From the NCBI GenBank assembly GCA_964016885.1, contig OZ024744.1:91202001-91266000 (forward strand): a DNA stretch of 64,000 nucleotides, read 5' to 3'. Below the pieces are notes generated by a model, which saw nothing but the letters and a program-made list of their open reading frames with translations, did no database searches and was not told the DNA's origin. The stretch comes from Eledone cirrhosa (taxonomy: Eukaryota). Every line of letters starts with the position of its first letter. The first letter of the stretch is position 1. A program made the position numbers and the translations under genes. Positions 48,368 through 60,396 of this stretch are shown here, in pieces.

Positions 48368-51300
48368 CATCATCATCATCATCATCACCGTTTTACGTCC
48401 GTTCTTCCACGCTAGCATGGGTTAGACGGGTTGTCCTGTTGTGGGCAGTGTCTGGTCGGCTGACCATGCCTTGCTCATACAGGAACTGATCTGGCTTGAT
48501 TTCTACAGCTGGATGCCCTTCCTAACACCAACCTCATTTACAGTGAGTGCTGGGTGCTTTTTCGTGGCGCCTACACGTCCACTTTACAGTGTGGGCTGGG
48601 TGCTTTTTTGCCGTGGCACCTCCACGACCACCTTGCGGTGGGGGGGGGGGGGCATATTGTTTATATGCTTCAGCATGTACCCATGGGAGGTCGGGTACCC
48701 TGTATTACTGCGTGACGCCAGAAGTCACGGTCGTGTGTCATTGACTTTGAGAGGTGTAGTTGGGTAAGGTCGGCTTTTATCACCTCATCCCAAGTCATCT
48801 TGGGTCTCCCCACTCCGCGGTTTCCATCAACTTCTAGTGCTCTGCACCTTTTTATGCAGCTGTCATCCTTCATACGCATCACATGTCCATACCAGCGTAA
48901 CCGCCTCTCCTGCACGCAGCATTTGATTCCTCTTATGCTCAGTCTCTCTCTCAATTCATTTATGCTTTGTCGTTCACGTATATTACTGTTACACATCCAT
49001 CGGAGCATGCAGGCTTCGTTTCTCTCTAATCTACGTAAGTCTTCCACCTTCAGCGCCCAGGTCTCACTACCATGCAACATCGCTGTTCGGATACACGCAT
49101 CATACAGTCTGCCTTTCATTCTGGGGGAGAAGCCTTTTGCAGCTAGCAGTGGTAGTAGTTCCCTAAACTTCTTCCATCCCGTTCTTACCCTAGTTATTGT
49201 ACTTTCTGAGCACCCACCTCCGTTGCTAATTCGGTCACCTAGGTAGCAGAAGCTGTCTACTGTTTCTACAGGGCCCTCCCAGAGATTGGTGGTACTTGTT
49301 TCCTGTGGCTGTTTGCTTGCTGTTTCAGCACAGCTGCTGCATGTGAATCCTACATTCTTAATTAAGCTTCCTGAGATCCCGCTACATCTCTTGTGTACCC
49401 ATTGTTTGCATTTGGGGCAAAGAATGGAGTTCCTACCTACACCTTTCCTACATACTGAGCAAGGCCATTTCCCTGAGGGGATCTGGGTTCTGTTTTCTCG
49501 TCTACTTATAAGGACCTTAGTCTTTGTCATGTTGACTTTGAGGCCCTTTCTCTCTAGTCCCTGCTTCCAGGTTTGGAATTTATTCTCTAGTTCTACCATA
49601 GATTCAGCTATGAGTGCGAGGTCATCAGCATACAGGAGTTCCCATGGGCATCCGGTCTTAAACTCCTCCGTTATTGCCTGCAGGACTATGATGAACAGGA
49701 GAGGGCTAAGAACAGAGCCCTGGTGGACCCCAACCTGTACGCTAAATTCCTCGCTATACTCATTGCCAATCCTAACTTTGCTGACTGCTCCCCTATACAT
49801 GGCTTGTACCGCTTTCACAAGCCATTCATCTACTCCTAGTTTTCTAAGAGCCCACCAGATTACTGCACGTGGAACTCTGTCAAAGGCTTTCTCAAGGTCG
49901 ACAAATGCCAAGTAGAGTGGCTTACTTTTAGCTAGGTACTTTTCCTGTAATTGCCTCACAAGGAAGAGCGCATCAGTGGTGCCTTTCCCTGGTACAAACC
50001 CAAATTGCATCTCGTCTATATTCACCCGGTCCCTAATCAGCTGTGCTATAACTCTTTCTGTTACTTTCATGACCTGGTCCATCAACTTTATACCTCTATA
50101 GTTTCCTCTATCTAGTGCATCGCCTTTACCTTTGTAGCAGTTGACAATGATGCTACTGCACCAATCTTTTGGTATGGCCCCCTCTAGTATTACCTGGTTA
50201 ACGATACGTGTGGTTATAGTGTGACCTACAGACCCAGATGCCTTCAGCATCTCGGCAGCTATACCCGATGGACCGGTTGCCTTCCCTATCTTCATATCTC
50301 TGATTGCCTTACTTACTACGCTGCCGCTGACTTGTACTGCTGGTCCCTCTATAGGGTCTACGTGGGGTAGGGTCTCTTCTTCCCATGCATTCTCCTCATT
50401 TAGTAATCTATCATAATGACTCTTCCATGCATCTTTCTTCTCAGCACTTGTGAGGGCAAGCTCACCTTTATCATTCCGGATACACTTCTCTCCAATGACA
50501 TCACAACTATCTCTGACACACTGCCTCGCAATCTTGAATACCTCCTGTTTCTGGTCCTCACGTTGTAAAACATGCTTGAATTTTCTATCCTCTGCTTCCC
50601 TCCTAGCTAAGTATACTTGTCGCCTAGCTTCCCTCTTGGTCTCTATGTAATGTACCCTGCTCCCCCCGTTCTTCCATTCTTTCCATGCCTGTCTCTTGGC
50701 CTTGACTGCTTCATCTACCTTATTGTTCCACCACCAAGTCACTCTCCTCCTGCTTGAGGTCTTACTCCAGCCACAAACCTCATCCGTCGCCTCTAGTAAG
50801 TTATTTTTTAGGAACTCCCAGTTCTCTTCTACGTTAAATGTCTCTATCTGTTCTTCTTTACTGTCGTAGGCGTTGAGTAAAATATCTTTAAATCTGTTAC
50901 TGGTTGAGGGGACTTTCAGCTTCCAGATCTTTCTTCTCCAGGTTGGCCTCTGTTTCAGGGCTCGTCTAGTTCTGACCGTGAGGTCGCTGACAACTAAGCT
51001 ATGTTGGGATGTACATTCCTCACTAGGGAAGGCTTTTGTGTTTACGACCGTCCATCTGTCACGTCCTCTGATGAGGATAAAATCTAACTGACTAGAGTGC
51101 TCCCCTGATCTATAGGTGATCAGGTGGTTGTCGGGTTTTTTAAAGTTTGTGTTACATATCGACATGTCATTGGCGTCGCAGAATTCTAGAAGTCTGAATC
51201 CTTCCTCATTCCTTGTGCCAACTCCATGGCCTCCATGTACTCTATTGAAGCCGTCGCAGTGTTTACCTACGTGTCCGTTAAAATCTCCTGCAATGATTAG

Positions 51301-52300
51301 GAAGTCCTTGTCGTCTGTTAGAGCAGTAGTGTGTATTAGGGACTCGTAAAACCTATCCTTAAGTTCGTCTGGCAGCCCCGATTGGGGTGCGTAAGCTGAT
51401 ATTATTGTGGTAATTGTCTTATTCAGGACTAGTCTGAGTTTAATGATTCTTGCATTTACCCTGTACACTGAGATTACTTTATCTACCCACTTGTCAGCTA
51501 ATAGTATACCTACACCACCCATCCCATCGTCATTTCCCACCCAGAAAAATTTGTAGCACTGGCTTTTTCCTACAAGGACTCTAGCAGACCCTCCTCTCCA
51601 TCTAGTCTCTTGCACACAGCATACATCAACTTCCTTTCGCTCTAGCATTTCTACGATTTCTCCTGCTCTTCCTTTCATTGAGCCTACATTGATGGTACCA
51701 ACTCGGAGTTTTGGGCATTTGTCGACACTCGTAGGGGAGGGTCTCTGGGTTGGCGCTTCACGTGGGTGCTTGGTAGCTCGCAGATTCATATTTCATCTAT
51801 TGATTCAGAGTTGCTCGTGTATTCCCAGCTCATCCATCCATAACGGTGGGAAAATTGAGGGCTAGAAGGACAGTGGTGGTGGGGTAATGGCAGGGTGTGT
51901 TGGGATGCGCCAGAGGAGGAGAGAGTTAGTTAGGCAGGTAGTAGCAGCAGCAGCAGTGGAAATGGCATGCTAGGTTTGATTGGTCGAATAGACTATGGTG
52001 GTGTGTGGGGGTGGGGGGGAGGGAAATTGTGAGGTAGGAACTGAGGGTCGCATGGTAAATATCCAAGTTAATACTACATCAGTAAAATTAACAATAATAA
52101 CGTCATGAAAAAAACTACTAAGAGAAACCCTCGAAAATTTATCGCTAATACAGCAGGGAAAATTTAACGCTAATACAGCAGGGAACATCATAATATTAAC
52201 GACAATATGTAGGCTAAAATACCTTCGTAGATTAGATGGATGGCTGGCTGGGAAAATTGGAATCAGCTCTAGTGATACATTTTAGCAGAGAAGAATGGGA
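48368..52300 (-). mobile_element. Full-length RTE-clade LINE (5' boundary uncertain, 52300-52535)
   Basis: (GAT)n tail at 48368, 3'UTR 48390-48669, single 1039-aa ORF; possible TSD TATTTAGATATA(TG)nTTTGT at 48343-48367 / 52536-52562. Confidence 0.95.
48670..51789 (-). CDS. RTE polyprotein: APE endonuclease - reverse transcriptase - PHD-type zinc finger - C-terminal domain
   Basis: GTINVGS..VQETRW..AYAPQ..GDFNGHVG..SQH (APE); FVDLEKAFDRV, GVHQGSVLSPLLF, LLYADD (RT); C4HC3 at 49330-49461; RRLRWYGHV..GRPKMTW. No stops. Confidence 0.97.
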   Translation of the reverse strand: MNLRATKHPREAPTQRPSPTSVDKCPKLRVGTINVGSMKGRAGEIVEMLERKEVDVCCVQETRWRGGSARVLVGKSQCYKFFWVGNDDGMGGVGILLADKWVDKVISVYRVNARIIKLRLVLNKTITTIISAYAPQSGLPDELKDRFYESLIHTTALTDDKDFLIIAGDFNGHVGKHCDGFNRVHGGHGVGTRNEEGFRLLEFCDANDMSICNTNFKKPDNHLITYRSGEHSSQLDFILIRGRDRWTVVNTKAFPSEECTSQHSLVVSDLTVRTRRALKQRPTWRRKIWKLKVPSTSNRFKDILLNAYDSKEEQIETFNVEENWEFLKNNLLEATDEVCGWSKTSSRRRVTWWWNNKVDEAVKAKRQAWKEWKNGGSRVHYIETKREARRQVYLARREAEDRKFKHVLQREDQKQEVFKIARQCVRDSCDVIGEKCIRNDKGELALTSAEKKDAWKSHYDRLLNEENAWEEETLPHVDPIEGPAVQVSGSVVSKAIRDMKIGKATGPSGIAAEMLKASGSVGHTITTRIVNQVILEGAIPKDWCSSIIVNCYKGKGDALDRGNYRGIKLMDQVMKVTERVIAQLIRDRVNIDEMQFGFVPGKGTTDALFLVRQLQEKYLAKSKPLYLAFVDLEKAFDRVPRAVIWWALRKLGVDEWLVKAVQAMYRGAVSKVRIGNEYSEEFSVQVGVHQGSVLSPLLFIIVLQAITEEFKTGCPWELLYADDLALIAESMVELENKFQTWKQGLERKGLKVNMTKTKVLISRRENRTQIPSGKWPCSVCRKGVGRNSILCPKCKQWVHKRCSGISGSLIKNVGFTCSSCAETASKQPQETSTTNLWEGPVETVDSFCYLGDRISNGGGCSESTITRVRTGWKKFRELLPLLAAKGFSPRMKGRLYDACIRTAMLHGSETWALKVEDLRRLERNEACMLRWMCNSNIRERQSINELRERLSIRGIKCCVQERRLRWYGHVMRMKDDSCIKRCRALEVDGNRGVGRPKMTWDEVIKADLTQLHLSKSMTHDRDFWRHAVIQGTRPPMGTC

Positions 52301-52330
52301 AAGTGTCTTATCTCTTCAATATTTTCAGAT

Positions 52331-52401
<71 letters not shown>

Positions 52402-54894
52402 ATATCCCTGTCTTTGATGGGCATTCACCGTCACTTTAATTATAATGAAAAAGTTAAGGGGGCGAACATCGTTTTATAAAGGAAATGTATTCCCATTGTG
52501 TGTATACATATATATATGTATATTATATGTGTGTGTATTTAGATATATGTGTGTGTGTTTGTGTATATATATATGTTATGTTATTTTATTATCCTTCTCA
52601 TATTACTTTGTTCATCACAAGAATCTCATCAGAACCACACAACTGTGAAGACCCTTCTCAACTGATGCATGACGAAAGAACCCTTACTTTTTATGTTGGA
52701 TTGGCAGTATCGGTAGAGAGTTGGACGCCATGCTTTCCAGCATAGTTACGTCCCTTTACAGTCTGAGTTCAAATCCCGCCTAGGTTGACTTTGCCTTTCA
52801 TCCTTACGGGGTCGATAAAATAAAGTACCAGTAATGTACTGAGATAATTGCTTATATTTATAGGGTACTGACATAGCCATGTGGTTAAGGGATTTGCTGC
52901 CCAACCACTTATCTTTGATTTGGATCCATGGAACAGTGCCATCAGCATATACCATCTGCCAATTGCCTTGGGTGGACTAAACCCTTGTGAGTGAAATTTG
53001 ATAGCCATGAAACTAAAATTCTTGAAGGGAAGCAGTTCCATACGATTGAAGCTAGTAAAAGAATAAAAGTATATTATGAAAAAAAAGAAGAAAATTAGAT
53101 GATGAGAAATTTAGTAAAGGAATATAAAAATGACCCCCTCCCCCCTCAAATATCTCTCGATATACATGTCGGTGGAATACTCAGCCACTACGGATAAATT
53201 TCATAAGCAGTCTTCTCTTCTCTCTTCCATACAACATCCAACTTTTCTTATACCCCAGAGGTAATTTGGATGAGGAAGAGAGGTGGGGCTATGCTAGCAG
53301 GCTCATATATATTCATCAGTGTGTGTGTGTGTGCTAGTGAGTGAGTGAGTGTGTGCGCGCGTGTGTGTGTGTGTGTATGTGTGTGTTTGTGTGATTTTTA
53401 TTTCTAAGTTTCTAAGTTTATTTCTAAGTCTTGTCTCGAGTCAACAAGTTCATCAGGCTGGTGCTTATCTCGGTTTCCATGGCATTAAACGACTGATATT
53501 GCATGACCCCACCCCTATCCCTGGACAGGACGCCAATCCATCGCAGGGTTAATTTTCTCCCCCCCCCCCCCCCCCCCCCCCCCCTTCCCACACACACACC
53601 TGTTGCTGATACCCATTTTCGAATGAGTACACTGGAGCAACGTGAAATGAGTTAGGAGAAAAATGCTGGAGGAAGAGGGGCTACTCTCAGTAAACCCAGC
53701 AGAGGGACCACCCTCAGTAAACCCAACAGAGGGACCAGCTATTAAGGATGACAGTTATATGGTTAAAAGGGGCCATTAAGGATATGAAGAAAGGAAAATA
53801 AAAAAAAGGACAAAAAAAAAACACTCAACCATCTGGGATAGTTGCTGAGATGCTGAAAATAACTGTTGAAGAGTAGGGTTTGAATGCTCTGCACATAAGA
53901 GAAACCTTATAGTTCATGTTGATTACTGATATGTGGAAGTGATTAGTGATATATCATCATCATCATCGTTAAACATCCATCTTCCACGCTAGCATGGGTT
54001 GCATGGGTTTGTCTCACTTGAGGCAACATTGGTCAGGAGACCGTGTCTCACTTGTACAGAACTGTTTCTGGCAGGTTTTCTACGGCTGGATGTCCTTCCT
54101 AACACCAACCACATTTACAGTGTGGACTGGGAGCCTTTTTACCATGTCTCCTACACGACCACTTTACAGCATGGACTGGGTGCTTTTACACCTACACGCC
54201 CTCTTTACATTGTGGAATGGGAGCCTTTTTACCATGTCTCGTACATGACCACTTTACAGTGTGGACCGGGTGCTTTTGTCGTGACACCTACATAACCACT
54301 TTACAGGGTGGACCGGGTGCTTTTTTACTGGGTCACCTACACAACCACTTTACAGTGGAAGAGTATGGGGTGTGGGGCGAGGTGTATATTGGGTTAAGAG
54401 GTGCCTATTGACTATAGGTTTTAAGTTCATATATATATATAAACACATTGTGTATTATTATAGTTAATGGCAATTGAATTATTTGTATCAGTATTAAGTT
54501 ACGTCCTTTAACAATAGTTTCTTATCCAATGTATTCAGTTCTGTGTATATAATCAATTAAGAAGAATAGAAGAATATTATTTAACCCTTTAGCATTTAAA
54601 ACGGCCGTATCCGGCCAGAATTCTACCACCGCTTCATTTTCAAACTGCTTGTTACTAACCACTCATACTGATGTTAAGGTATTGTTCTCAAAATAAATAA
54701 TATCAAAATTTCATAGATTCGATATTATGTGAGTTAAAGCTTTTACCACAAAAATTCAATAGTAAATATAGATTAATGTAAATACTAAATATTTACTATT
54801 GTATTTTTGTGGTAAGATCAAAAATGAAATGTTCAGTTTGGAAATGAAACCTAGATTGTATGAAAATTTGATTTGCAGTTAATTTACTGCTGTA

Positions 54895-54898
54895 CTGA

Positions 54899-54932
<34 letters not shown>

Positions 54933-55350
54933 GATGCTAGTGGTGCTGGTTGTAGTGGTGGCGGTGGTGGTGGTGGTGGTGGTGATGGCAGTGAAGATGG
55001 TGGTGGTGGTGGTGGTGACAGTGATGGTGGTAGTGGTGCTGGTGGTGGTGGTGGCAGTGATGGTGGTGGTGGTGCTGGTGATGGCAGTGAAGATGGTGGT
55101 GGTGGTGGTGGTGGCAGTGATGGTGGTAGTGGTGCTGGTGGTGGTGGTGGTGATGGCAGTAAAGATGGTGGTGGTGGTGGTGGCAGTGATGGTGGTAGCG
55201 ATGGTGGTGGTGATGGCAGTGAAGATGGTGGTGGTGGTGGTGACAGTGATGGTGGTGGTGGTGGTGGTGGTGGTGGTAATATGGTAGTGGTGGCAGTGAT
55301 GGTGGTGCTGCTGTTGTTGGTGGTGATGGTAGAAGTGGTGGTGATGATTA
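54895..55350. repeat. (GGT/GAT)n microsatellite, followed by a degenerate (CA)n tract at 55430-56535
   Basis: Direct inspection. Confidence 0.95.
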
Positions 55351-57172
55351 TGGTAGGGGAGGGAGGGGGATTGCTATAGCTACATGTCAGTAGGTAGTAG
55401 ATGCTAGGTGGTTCAATAGAAAATATTACCATATACACACACACTCACACACACACACATACTCATATTCATACAATCACACATACATTCACATACATAC
55501 ACACATATATAAGTGCACACACACTCACATACACACACACACATCCATACACCCACATACATACAGACATACATTCATACACACAGACATTCATTCATTG
55601 ACTCACACGCACATACACTCACACACATTCACACACACACTCACATTTACATTCATACACTGACACACACACACACACACATTCACATACACACACACAT
55701 TCATATGCTCACACACACACATTCATATACATACACACACATTCCTATATATACATGCATACACACACATATATACATACACCCACCCACCCCCGCACCC
55801 ACATTCACATACATACACCCGCATGCATATACACATTCATATGCTCACACACACACACACACACACACATTCATCCATGCTAGCGTGGAAGATGGATGTT
55901 AAACGAAAATGATGATGACGATGATACATACACACACATTCCTGTACATGCATACACACATACATACATCCACACACACACATACATACACATACATTCA
56001 TACACCCACACATACACATGCACATACATTCATACACCCACACATACATACACACATACATACACCCACACACACACACATACATACACATTCATACACC
56101 CACACACACACACATACATACACATACACACATACATACATACACCCACACACACACTCAAATACATACACCCACTCACACACACATACAATCATACACC
56201 CACACCCACAAACATATACATACACATACACATACGTTCATACATCCACATACACACACACACATACACATACATACATACACCCACACACACATACATA
56301 CACATACACATACATCCATACACCCACACATACATACACATACACATACATTCATACACCCACACACACACACATACATATACACACATACATACATACA
56401 CCCCCCCCCACATACACACACATACATACACATACACACATACATACACCCACCCCCACACACATACATACACATACATTCATACACCCACACACACATA
56501 CATACACATACATTCATACACCCACACATGCATACTCATCATCATCATCATCATCATTTTACGTCCGCTTTTCCCTGCTTGCAAGGGTGGGATGGGAACT
56601 GATTCTGGCTTGATTTCTACAGCTGGATGCCCTTCCTAACACCAACCTCATTTACAGTGAGTGCTGGGTGCTTTTTTGCCATGGCACCTCCACGACCACT
56701 TTGCAGTGGAATGATATGAACCCCAGTCCCTATCATCTCATTTCTACAGCTGAGTAAACTGGAGCAATGTGAAATAAAGTGTCTTGCTCAAGGAAACAAC
56801 ACATCACCCGGTCTGAGAATTGAACTCACAACCATTCGATTGCAAGCCCAATGCTCTAACCACTAAGCCATGTGCCTCCATGTTACTCATAAATATAAAA
56901 TACTCATAAATATAAATGTTACTCATAAATATAAAATAAAAATTCACCAATGAAACATAACATTCTGTGATGCAGCTAACTCAAACCATCTGTAATATTA
57001 AGTTCAGGAAACCGACCAGCCACTTGATTATCTATCGTTCAATCGTTCAGAACAAATATGCAAACTAGATTGACATCTTGCTCATCAGAAAAAACAGGAT
57101 AGACAGATGGTTGTGAATACTGAGTCTTTTCCCAGTGAAGGATGTATGTATTACATGACATAAGACTAATTA

Positions 57173-58560
57173 TTAGTGACATCAGACCAAGAACTGTGAA
57201 GGCTTAGGGGTTAGAGAGTTGGGTTTGCAATTAAGAGGTTGTGAGTTCGATTCCCAGGACAGTCCATGTGTTGTGTCCTTCAGCAAATCACATTAGTGAC
57301 ATTAGACTAAAAATTGTAAAGTCTTAGTGATGGCTTAGTGGTTAAAGAGTTGGGTTTGTAATTGTGAGGTTGTGAGTTTGATTCCCAGGACAGTCCATGT
57401 GTTGTGTCCTTCAGCAAAACATATTAGTGACATTAGACTAAAAATTGTAAAGTCTTAGTGATGGCTTAGTGGTTAGAGAGTTGGGTTTGTAATTGTGAGG
57501 TTGTGAGTTCGATTCCCAGGACAGTCCATGTGTTGTGTCCTTCAGCAAATAACATTAGTGACATTAGACTAAAAATTGTAAAGTCTTAGTGATGGCTTAG
57601 TGGTTAGAGAGTTGGGTTTGTAATTGTGAGGTTGTGAGTTCGATTCCCAGGACAGTCCATGTGTTGTGTCCTTCAGCAAATAACATTAGTGACATTAGAC
57701 TAAAAATTGTAAAGTCTTAGTGATGGCTTAGTGGTTAGAGAGTTGGGTTTATAATTGTGAGGTTGTGAGTTTGATTCCCAGATCAGGCAGTGTGTTATGT
57801 CCTTCAGCAAAACATATTAGTGATATTACACCAAGAACTGTGAAGACTTAGTGGTTATAGAGTTGGATTTGCAATTGTGAGGTTGTGAGTTCAATTCCCG
57901 GGCTGGGCGATGTATTATGTCCTTCAGTAAAACATATTAGTGACTTTAGACAAAGAACTGTGAAGGCTTAGTTGTTAGAGAGTTGGATTTGCAATTAAGA
58001 GGTTGTGAGTTCGATTCCCAGGCCAGTCCATGTGTTATGTCCTTCTGCAAAACATATTAGTGACATTAGACTAAGAACTGTGATGTCTTAGTGAAGGCTT
58101 AGTGGTTAGAGAGCTGGATTTGCAATCGTGAGGTTGTGAGTTTGATTCCCAGGCTAGACGATCTGTTGTGTCCGTTAGCAAAACATATTAGTGACATCAG
58201 GCTAAGAACTGTGATGTCTTAGTGAAGGCTTAGTGGTTAGAGAGCTGGATTTGTAATCGTGAGGTTGTGAGTTTGATTCCCAGGCTAGATGATCTGTTGT
58301 GTCCTTTAGCAAAACATATTAGTGACATCAGGCTAAGAACTGTGAAGGCTTAGTGGTTAGAGAGTTGGGTTTGCAATTGTGAGGTTGTGAGTTTGATTCC
58401 CAGGTCGTTTGATGTGTTATGTCTTTCAGCAAAACATATTAGTGACATCAGGCTAAGAATTATGAAAGCTTAGTGAAGGCTTATTGGTTAGAGAGCTGGA
58501 TTTGCAATCATGAGGTTGTGAGTTCAATTCCCAGGTCAGGCAATGTGTTACGTTCTTGAG
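57173..58560 (+). repeat. Tandem array of 11 SINE-head units (120 or 131 bp) running into a SINE body at 58560-58740
   Basis: Unit starts at 57173, 57293, 57424, 57555, 57686, 57817, 57937, 58057, 58188, 58319, 58439; each has GGCTTAGTGGTTAGAG and GAGTTCGATTCCC or close variants. Confidence 0.93.
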
Positions 58561-58880
58561 CAAGACACTTTATTTACTTTATTTCATGTTGCTGCTTCTG
58601 GCAAGAGTTGTGGCAGGTAGATAGTATTAGCAATTGGAAAGACCAATGGAAACATTGTTTCTTTGGTCTGATCTGATGAATTCCACCCCATTCTGTAAGC
58701 AAATGAAGTCTGAGATCTTGTCGATTTGTCCAATTGTAGACTAAGAGCTAGACAGACTCAGAGGCCAGAGGGAAGTCTAGAGACAGAGGATATGTAAACT
58801 AAAGAATCTTTCTGTTAAATAGTGGTGCTTATGACGAGAAGAAGGAACAGGTGAAGGAGATGGAGATCGATGATTTAGAG

Positions 58881-59016
58881 CAGGCATGAGCAACCGTTTT
58901 TGAACAGTGGGCCACATAGGATGTGGTTCTTCGTAAGGCTGGCTGCACTACTAAACATTTCAAGGCAATTTTGAAATTGGGCGTGTCATTCACGGGCCGC
59001 AGTATGCCCGTGACTG
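58881..59016. mobile_element. Small hAT-like MITE
   Basis: CAGGCATGAGCAAC ... TATGCCCGTGACTG termini; flanks ATTTAGAG / ACGTAGAG. Confidence 0.55.
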
Positions 59017-59830
59017 ACGTAGAGAATGATTTGTAGCTGGCTACTGATGAGATCTGTGTGGTTGGAGCAAGGTTCCAGCCAGGTGAAAAGGTGACTTGGT
59101 CGCAAAAAAAAGCACTGTAGACAGAGCCATTATCACTTAATATCCTGTACTGTGTGAAACCACATTAACTAAGACATTCTTGAAAATTTCTGGAAACAGA
59201 GCTATGAGCTTTAACTGCATCACATAAAAAATTGAATTCCTTACTCTAATATTATACTTGAGAGGAGGTAATAAAAGCTGACATTGCACAATTACACCTT
59301 GCTAAGGTGATGACACAGGACCGTGATCTCTGGCGCTATGCAGTATTACAGAAGACCTGCCTTCTCATATGCTTGAGCTGAGACATATATCTAATATGTA
59401 ACACCTTCCATACCATCACACTTCCCTTGCTGTAATCATCAGACCCCTATAACTAAGCCTCCAATTCCCCTGGCGTCTTCCTCGACCCCCACCCCATCCA
59501 AGTTCCCAACCCACACCATATAGTAGTCCCCCCTGGGGCCATAACAAAAACACCCAGTCAACACTGTAAAGTGGTCATGTTGGCAGCACAACAAAAAGTG
59601 CCCAGCTCACACTGTAAAGTGGTCATGTAGGTGTCACGACAAAAAGCACCCAGTCCACACTGTAAATGTGGTTGGCATTAGGAAAGGCATCCAGCCATAG
59701 AAGCTAAGCCAAAATCAGTTCTGTTTGAGTGAAACATGGTCCTCCAACCTGGTCTCTCACAAAAGGACAGCCTATCCTACCTATGCTAGTGTGGAAAATG
59801 GTCGTTAAACGATGATGATGATGATGATGA

Positions 59831-59866
<36 letters not shown>

Positions 59867-60272
59867 TCATCATGAGGCACATGGCTTACTGGTTAGAGCA
59901 TTGGCCTTGCAATCAAAAGGTTGTGAGTTCAATTCTCAGACCGGGTGATGTGTTGTTTCCTTGAGCAAGACACTTTATTTCACATTGCTCCAGTTTACTC
60001 AGCTGTAGAAATGATAGTCCCTATCATTCCACTGCAAAGTGGTCGTGTAGGTGCCACGGCAAAAAAGCACCCAGCCCACACTGTAAAGTGGACGTGTAGG
60101 CGCCACGGAAAAAAAAAAAGCACCCAGCACTCACTGTAAATGAGGTTGGTGTTAGGAAGGGCATCCAGCTGTAGAAATCAAGCCAGCATCAGTTCCCTTC
60201 CCACCCTTTCAAGCAGAGAAAAGCGGACGTAAAAATGATGATGATGATATATATATATATATATATATAAAT

Positions 60273-60359
60273 ATTGCCTGATGAAAAGCTGTCCCACATT
60301 TACCATAATAAAACTTTATGGTTAATAAAGGGTGATGCTTTGAAACGTAAGGTAGCAAT
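60273..60359 (+). ncRNA. Type I hammerhead ribozyme motif
   Basis: ATTGC-CTGATGA-AAAGC..[ACCATAA/TTATGGT]..GCTTT-GAAAC-GTAAG-GTA-GCAAT. Confidence 0.65.
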
Positions 60360-60396
60360 TAACTGTGTTGAGCAGACATTAACAAATATATATATA

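Noticed and set aside
48800-51349. + strand ORFs overlapping the RTE (and those over the CR1)
   Set aside because: Antisense shadows of the LINE ORFs with no independent motifs.
52590-52640. CTGATGA motifs here and at 17339, 57083, 58673, 59044 as hammerheads
   Set aside because: No correctly placed stem II-GAAA-NUH-stem I.
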